A stretch of DNA of 64,000 nucleotides from IMG/VR virus record IMGVR_UViG_3300034062_004781. One strand, 5' to 3'. Made by a program: the position numbers and the translations under genes. A model generated the notes under the pieces. That model searched no databases, was not told where the DNA came from, and saw only the letters and a program-made list of their open reading frames with translations. Shown here piece by piece: positions 60,402 through 64,000 of the stretch; position 1 is the stretch's first letter, and each line of letters starts with the position of its first letter. This DNA is from an uncultured virus (IMG/VR IMGVR_UViG_3300034062_004781) (lineage: Duplodnaviria; Heunggongvirae; Uroviricota; Caudoviricetes).

Positions 60402-60656
60402 ATGAGAGAGCTGCCGGAAAACAAGTTTGGATATCTTTGTCTTGGTGTCATTTCGGATGAAGGTGAAAGAGTTGGCTTGTATGTTAAGGCCAACAAAATA
60501 GCACTTATTTCTCATCCTGATGACGATGAACTACAATATCATCCGTGGTGCAAGTCTGTAGTCTATCTAAATAGCACTGGCGATTATAATAGAGTTGTAG
60601 ATACAATCGACGAGATCTTAGAGCAGCTTGAAAACATTCATCCGAGCTTACGCTGA
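60402..60656 (+). CDS. Hypothetical protein
   Basis: 84 aa, RBS GGAG. Confidence 0.65.
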   Translation: MRELPENKFGYLCLGVISDEGERVGLYVKANKIALISHPDDDELQYHPWCKSVVYLNSTGDYNRVVDTIDEILEQLENIHPSLR

Positions 60657-60760
60657 TGTGCATGCCAATGAGCGCGCTTGTGAGAGCGCCTTACAGAGTT
60701 CCCCCGCCATAGGGTAAGGCAAGCGATGGGCCAGATCATCGCATAACATGGAGTGGTAAA

Positions 60761-61408
60761 ATGGCTTTTGGTGGATTTTTTGACGGTGTCGGCGAAGGCG
60801 GTTCCTTCCTTCCGATCATCAAGTATGACTCTCGTTCGGGTCGACTGTCGCGTCGCGACCGCGACAACGGTGAGAACAACGATGTTGATATCACGCGCAA
60901 CTTTAAGGCGATCTTCGATTTCGAAAATGTCGAAATTGGCTGGATCAACTTCAATACAGGCGGCGCTCCTGATTTCCGCGTCACTCGTTTTGCTGATGGC
61001 GGCTCTATCGATAAGCCTGCCGGCGAAGGTTTCAAGCGTGGCGTTCGTTTCGTCATCAAGCTTTCGAAAGAATGCGGCGGCGATATTCGCGAGTTCGCGT
61101 CAAATGCTGCTGCGTTCCTCGACGGTGCCAAAGGGCTGATGGATGCTTACGAAAAAGGCGTGAAAGAAAACGCCGGTAAGCTGCCTGTCGTCGAGCTGAA
61201 AGACACGGTTGCAAAGACTTCATCTGGAGGGGCGATGAAGACGACGAACTATGTGCCTGTTTGGGAGATCACGGGGTGGGTAAAGCGTCCCGAAGATCTC
61301 GTTTACACGGCGCGTAGTTTGTCGGCCTCCTCCTCTGCGAGCGGCCCCGCTGCGACAGGATCGACTAAGGTCGACGCGCCTGCCGGCGGTGACGACGATT
61401 TCGGCTAA
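60761..61408 (+). CDS. Putative single-stranded DNA-binding protein
   Basis: Replication-module position; acidic-aromatic tail DDDFG. Confidence 0.6.
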   Translation: MAFGGFFDGVGEGGSFLPIIKYDSRSGRLSRRDRDNGENNDVDITRNFKAIFDFENVEIGWINFNTGGAPDFRVTRFADGGSIDKPAGEGFKRGVRFVIKLSKECGGDIREFASNAAAFLDGAKGLMDAYEKGVKENAGKLPVVELKDTVAKTSSGGAMKTTNYVPVWEITGWVKRPEDLVYTARSLSASSSASGPAATGSTKVDAPAGGDDDFG

Positions 61409-61507
61409 TCGCCGATAACAGTTGAAGGGGCGGCGATATCATTCACTGTGATGTTGTCTTGGTCGACCGACAGCGTCGCCTCTTCTCTTTAATCACAAGG
61501 ATGGACA

Positions 61508-61804
61508 ATGCGTTTTCTGGTCACGATGAACATGCCATCGTTCAACAATAATCTGGTTCATCAGGTTAATGTTGAGCATGCAGAATCGAACAGTTTAGAA
61601 GACTTCGTTACGGCTCTAACCAATAACGACTTCGTTCTGGTCGAGGAGTTCTATCGTGACCAGCAAACCGGGACAGAACACAGCCGGGGTCAACTGGCTT
61701 TAAACTACCGCTTCATCGGCAAAGTAAAAGTGATGAACGGTGAATCTTTCCAAAACACTCAACTGAGAAGAGATCGATATGACCACCGCAAGCAATCCGT
61801 ATGA
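61508..61804 (+). CDS. Hypothetical protein
   Basis: MRFLVTMNMP. Confidence 0.7.
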   Translation: MRFLVTMNMPSFNNNLVHQVNVEHAESNSLEDFVTALTNNDFVLVEEFYRDQQTGTEHSRGQLALNYRFIGKVKVMNGESFQNTQLRRDRYDHRKQSV

Positions 61805-62228
61805 AATGCTCACACAGGCCGCTGAACTGATTCAGGAGCGCGGCCAGAACTACGGCGAGATCGAGAATAACTTTCAGCTTATTGCTGATCTTTTTTCTCT
61901 TCGCGTCGGTCGCCCTTTCCATCCCTATGAAGCTTGCATACTTCTGGAATGCGTGAAGGACGCGCGTATGTTCGCGACGCCGATGTTCGTCGATAACTAT
62001 CTCGACGGCATCAATTACAGGGCGTTTGCCGCGCTGTTTGCTGAAGACTATGCGCAGCGTCGCACTTCGTTGACCGACGTCGCCTATCAGCGCAAAGATA
62101 ACCTACAGAAGGCTGAGATGAAGCCGGTTGTGGTTAAGCAAAAAACGACGAAGGGTGCGCAGATTGTGCAGGGATCGTCTGCAATGCTGGCTGATCTCGA
62201 AAAAATCGAGACAGAGCTTGCTCGATAA
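61779..62228 (+). CDS. DUF6378-like phage protein
   Basis: ERGQNYG...NFQLIA...VKDAR...DNYLDGINY. Confidence 0.75.
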   Translation: MTTASNPYEMLTQAAELIQERGQNYGEIENNFQLIADLFSLRVGRPFHPYEACILLECVKDARMFATPMFVDNYLDGINYRAFAALFAEDYAQRRTSLTDVAYQRKDNLQKAEMKPVVVKQKTTKGAQIVQGSSAMLADLEKIETELAR

Positions 62229-62233
62229 ATGAT

Positions 62234-62262
62234 CGGGGGCCACGGCCCCCGGTTCTTTTTTT
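62234..62262 (+). terminator. Rho-independent terminator
   Basis: CGGGGGC-CACG-GCCCCCG followed by a T run. Confidence 0.75.
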
Positions 62263-62299
62263 GACGTTGATATGATATGATTCGTCTTGAGAGGGCGAC

Positions 62300-62515
62300 G
62301 TGGAAGAAACCTGCGAATATTACAAATACGTCCCGCATCACCAGCAAAAGATCTGGGAAGAAGCCGGGTGGGTATTTGAGAGAGATCTAGGACCGCCTCA
62401 CGCGGCCTATGCAAGCTTGTTTAAATGGCCGCTGGATAGCGCGCCTGTCATCCCAGACAATACAGGCGTCGTGATAATTAAAACACTACCGGAGATTGAC
62501 GATGGCGAACAATGA
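62300..62515 (+). CDS. Hypothetical protein
   Basis: 71 aa, GTG start with RBS. Confidence 0.55.
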   Translation: MEETCEYYKYVPHHQQKIWEEAGWVFERDLGPPHAAYASLFKWPLDSAPVIPDNTGVVIIKTLPEIDDGEQ

Positions 62516-62699
62516 TCCTGATTACGCTGCTGGCGTTAAAGACGAGCGCGCGCGCTGCATGACCATTTGCGAATACTGGAAGCGCCCCTCTTATATCGCC
62601 ACACATTACGGCCCCATTGACGAGGTCGGCATGCGCGTCCTACAACAGGTTGTTGCTGGCATCGAGGCGGACATCGCCAGCGGTCAGCAGCCTAAGTAA
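62502..62699 (+). CDS. Hypothetical protein
   Basis: MANNDPDYAAGVKDERARC. Confidence 0.55.
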   Translation: MANNDPDYAAGVKDERARCMTICEYWKRPSYIATHYGPIDEVGMRVLQQVVAGIEADIASGQQPK

Positions 62700-62716
62700 C
62701 TTTCTTTTATTGACTG

Positions 62717-63364
62717 GTGATTGATATGAAACCGACTGAAAACTACGCTGTAGCTGCGCGCAGATTGTCGCCAACTGGCGACAGTGATGACTTTCCGACG
62801 CCGCCGTGGGCGACGCGCGCGCTCATTGAGCATGTAATCGGGCCTATGCGCGTATATGGAGAAATATGCTGGGAGCCTGCCGCCAATCGCGGTTATATGG
62901 TTCGACCGCTTCAGGAGTATTTCGGAAATGTTATTTACTCCGACATCGTCGATTATGGATATGGTAACGTCGTTGATTTCTTGGCTCCTGAAATTAGTCA
63001 AAATAATTTCGACGTTCATTGGATAATCACAAACCCGCCATTCAATAAGGCGCAGCAATTTATCGAGCAAGCGCAACGAATCGCAACTGATGGCGTCGCC
63101 ATGCTTGTGCGCACGTCCTTCCTCGAAAGCGTCATGCGCTATCATACATTGTTCATGCACAATGCACCTGACATCGTCGCGCAATTCTCTGAGCGGGTGC
63201 CGATGGTGAAAGGTCGATATGATCAGAAGGCGTCAACGGCGACAAGCTATGCGTGGCTTGTCTGGTATGCGGGTCCAAAGGAAGCAAACAAGCAAACAAT
63301 CCTAATGTGGATCCCGCCATGCAGGAAGGAACTGGAGAGGAAGGACGATATCAATGCCGACTGA
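62717..63364 (+). CDS. DNA N6-adenine (amino) methyltransferase
   Basis: DDFPTPPW, WEPAANRG, IITNPPF. Confidence 0.85.
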   Translation: MIDMKPTENYAVAARRLSPTGDSDDFPTPPWATRALIEHVIGPMRVYGEICWEPAANRGYMVRPLQEYFGNVIYSDIVDYGYGNVVDFLAPEISQNNFDVHWIITNPPFNKAQQFIEQAQRIATDGVAMLVRTSFLESVMRYHTLFMHNAPDIVAQFSERVPMVKGRYDQKASTATSYAWLVWYAGPKEANKQTILMWIPPCRKELERKDDINAD

Positions 63365-63575
63365 TCGTAGATTTAAGGATCCGTCTCTTCTGACGCCTTA
63401 TGAGCAAAAGATCTACGATCTGCATTGCCAAGGTATGGGCCCGGCGCAAATATCCAAGGCTTTAAATGGATCTTCAATGCCGAAGACAATCGATATCCGG
63501 CTGCGTCTCATTAGAGAGAAGATCGAATTAAAAAGGATTACTGATGCACAAGACAGACGTATATCTTGGGGTTAG
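63354..63575 (+). CDS. Small HTH protein
   Basis: LTPYEQKIYDL...GMGPAQISKAL. Confidence 0.55.
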   Translation: MPTDRRFKDPSLLTPYEQKIYDLHCQGMGPAQISKALNGSSMPKTIDIRLRLIREKIELKRITDAQDRRISWG

Positions 63576-63623
63576 CATCGTTATTATGTGCGTTGCTTCT
63601 GTAATGGCTGCGAGAGGGTGGTG

Positions 63624-64000
63624 ATGGTTTACTTGTTTCCTTATGCTGGTGACGACAGACGACCGAGCGTTCAAAAGTCGGCTGCAAGACGGCAAAAGGC
63701 CAAGCCTAAAGTAGAGAAGTCGCGCGTTGTCGACGAGATTGTCACGCCGATTTTGAATCACAGCAGCGAGCTGATGCCGGTGCCGATGCCGGGCTCGATG
63801 TGGACGATCATGAAGGAAGTATGCGACCGCCATGATTGCAAGCCCAGCGAACTGGCCGGGAATGGCAAAGAATATAAGCTTGTGTATGCAAGACGCGAGT
63901 ATTGCCTGCGCGTTCGTCAGGAAACGAGATACAGCCTTTCGCATATCGCAAAGACGATCAAGAAAGATCACACGACCGTTTTGCATGCGATCAATATGGC
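63624..64000 (+). CDS. DnaA domain IV-like protein (runs off window)
   Basis: Manual translation ...LVYARREYCLRVRQETRYSLSHIAKTIKKDHTTVLHAI. Confidence 0.8.
   Translation, partial: MVYLFPYAGDDRRPSVQKSAARRQKAKPKVEKSRVVDEIVTPILNHSSELMPVPMPGSMWTIMKEVCDRHDCKPSELAGNGKEYKLVYARREYCLRVRQETRYSLSHIAKTIKKDHTTVLHAINM

Overview
Tailed-phage DNA, probably infecting an alphaproteobacterium (it carries GcrA-, GapR/DUF2312- and DnaA-domain-IV-like genes). About 3.6-64 kb looks like most of one podovirus-like genome. Its minus-strand late region holds terS, terL, portal, a 1530-aa polyvalent-like protein, GroES, scaffold, tRNA-Thr, major capsid, many tail/fibre genes including a collagen-like fibre, a methyltransferase-GT2-TPR fusion, a GH19-type endolysin/holin/spanin cassette and ejection proteins. 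A divergent early cassette of small genes and a replication module (Prim-Pol/AAA, RuvC-like, PD-(D/E)XK nuclease, SSB-like, adenine MTase) follow. The first ~3 kb carries a second, unrelated terS/terL pair and its own early genes, joined through a ~550-bp bacterial-looking XRE + truncated ImmA/IrrE fragment, so the window may be mosaic or chimeric. The most striking signal is the early island at 49.7-53 kb. It has two complete type II hammerhead ribozymes, each between a stop codon and the next RBS, genes launched from an identical GGAGATTGATATG element, two promoters sharing a palindromic operator, and a terminal HTH gene (an Aca/anti-defence-like layout). A recurrent x-[AK]-x-G-G motif is shared by many putative internal virion proteins. 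All protein calls are from motif recognition by eye; no database searches were run.
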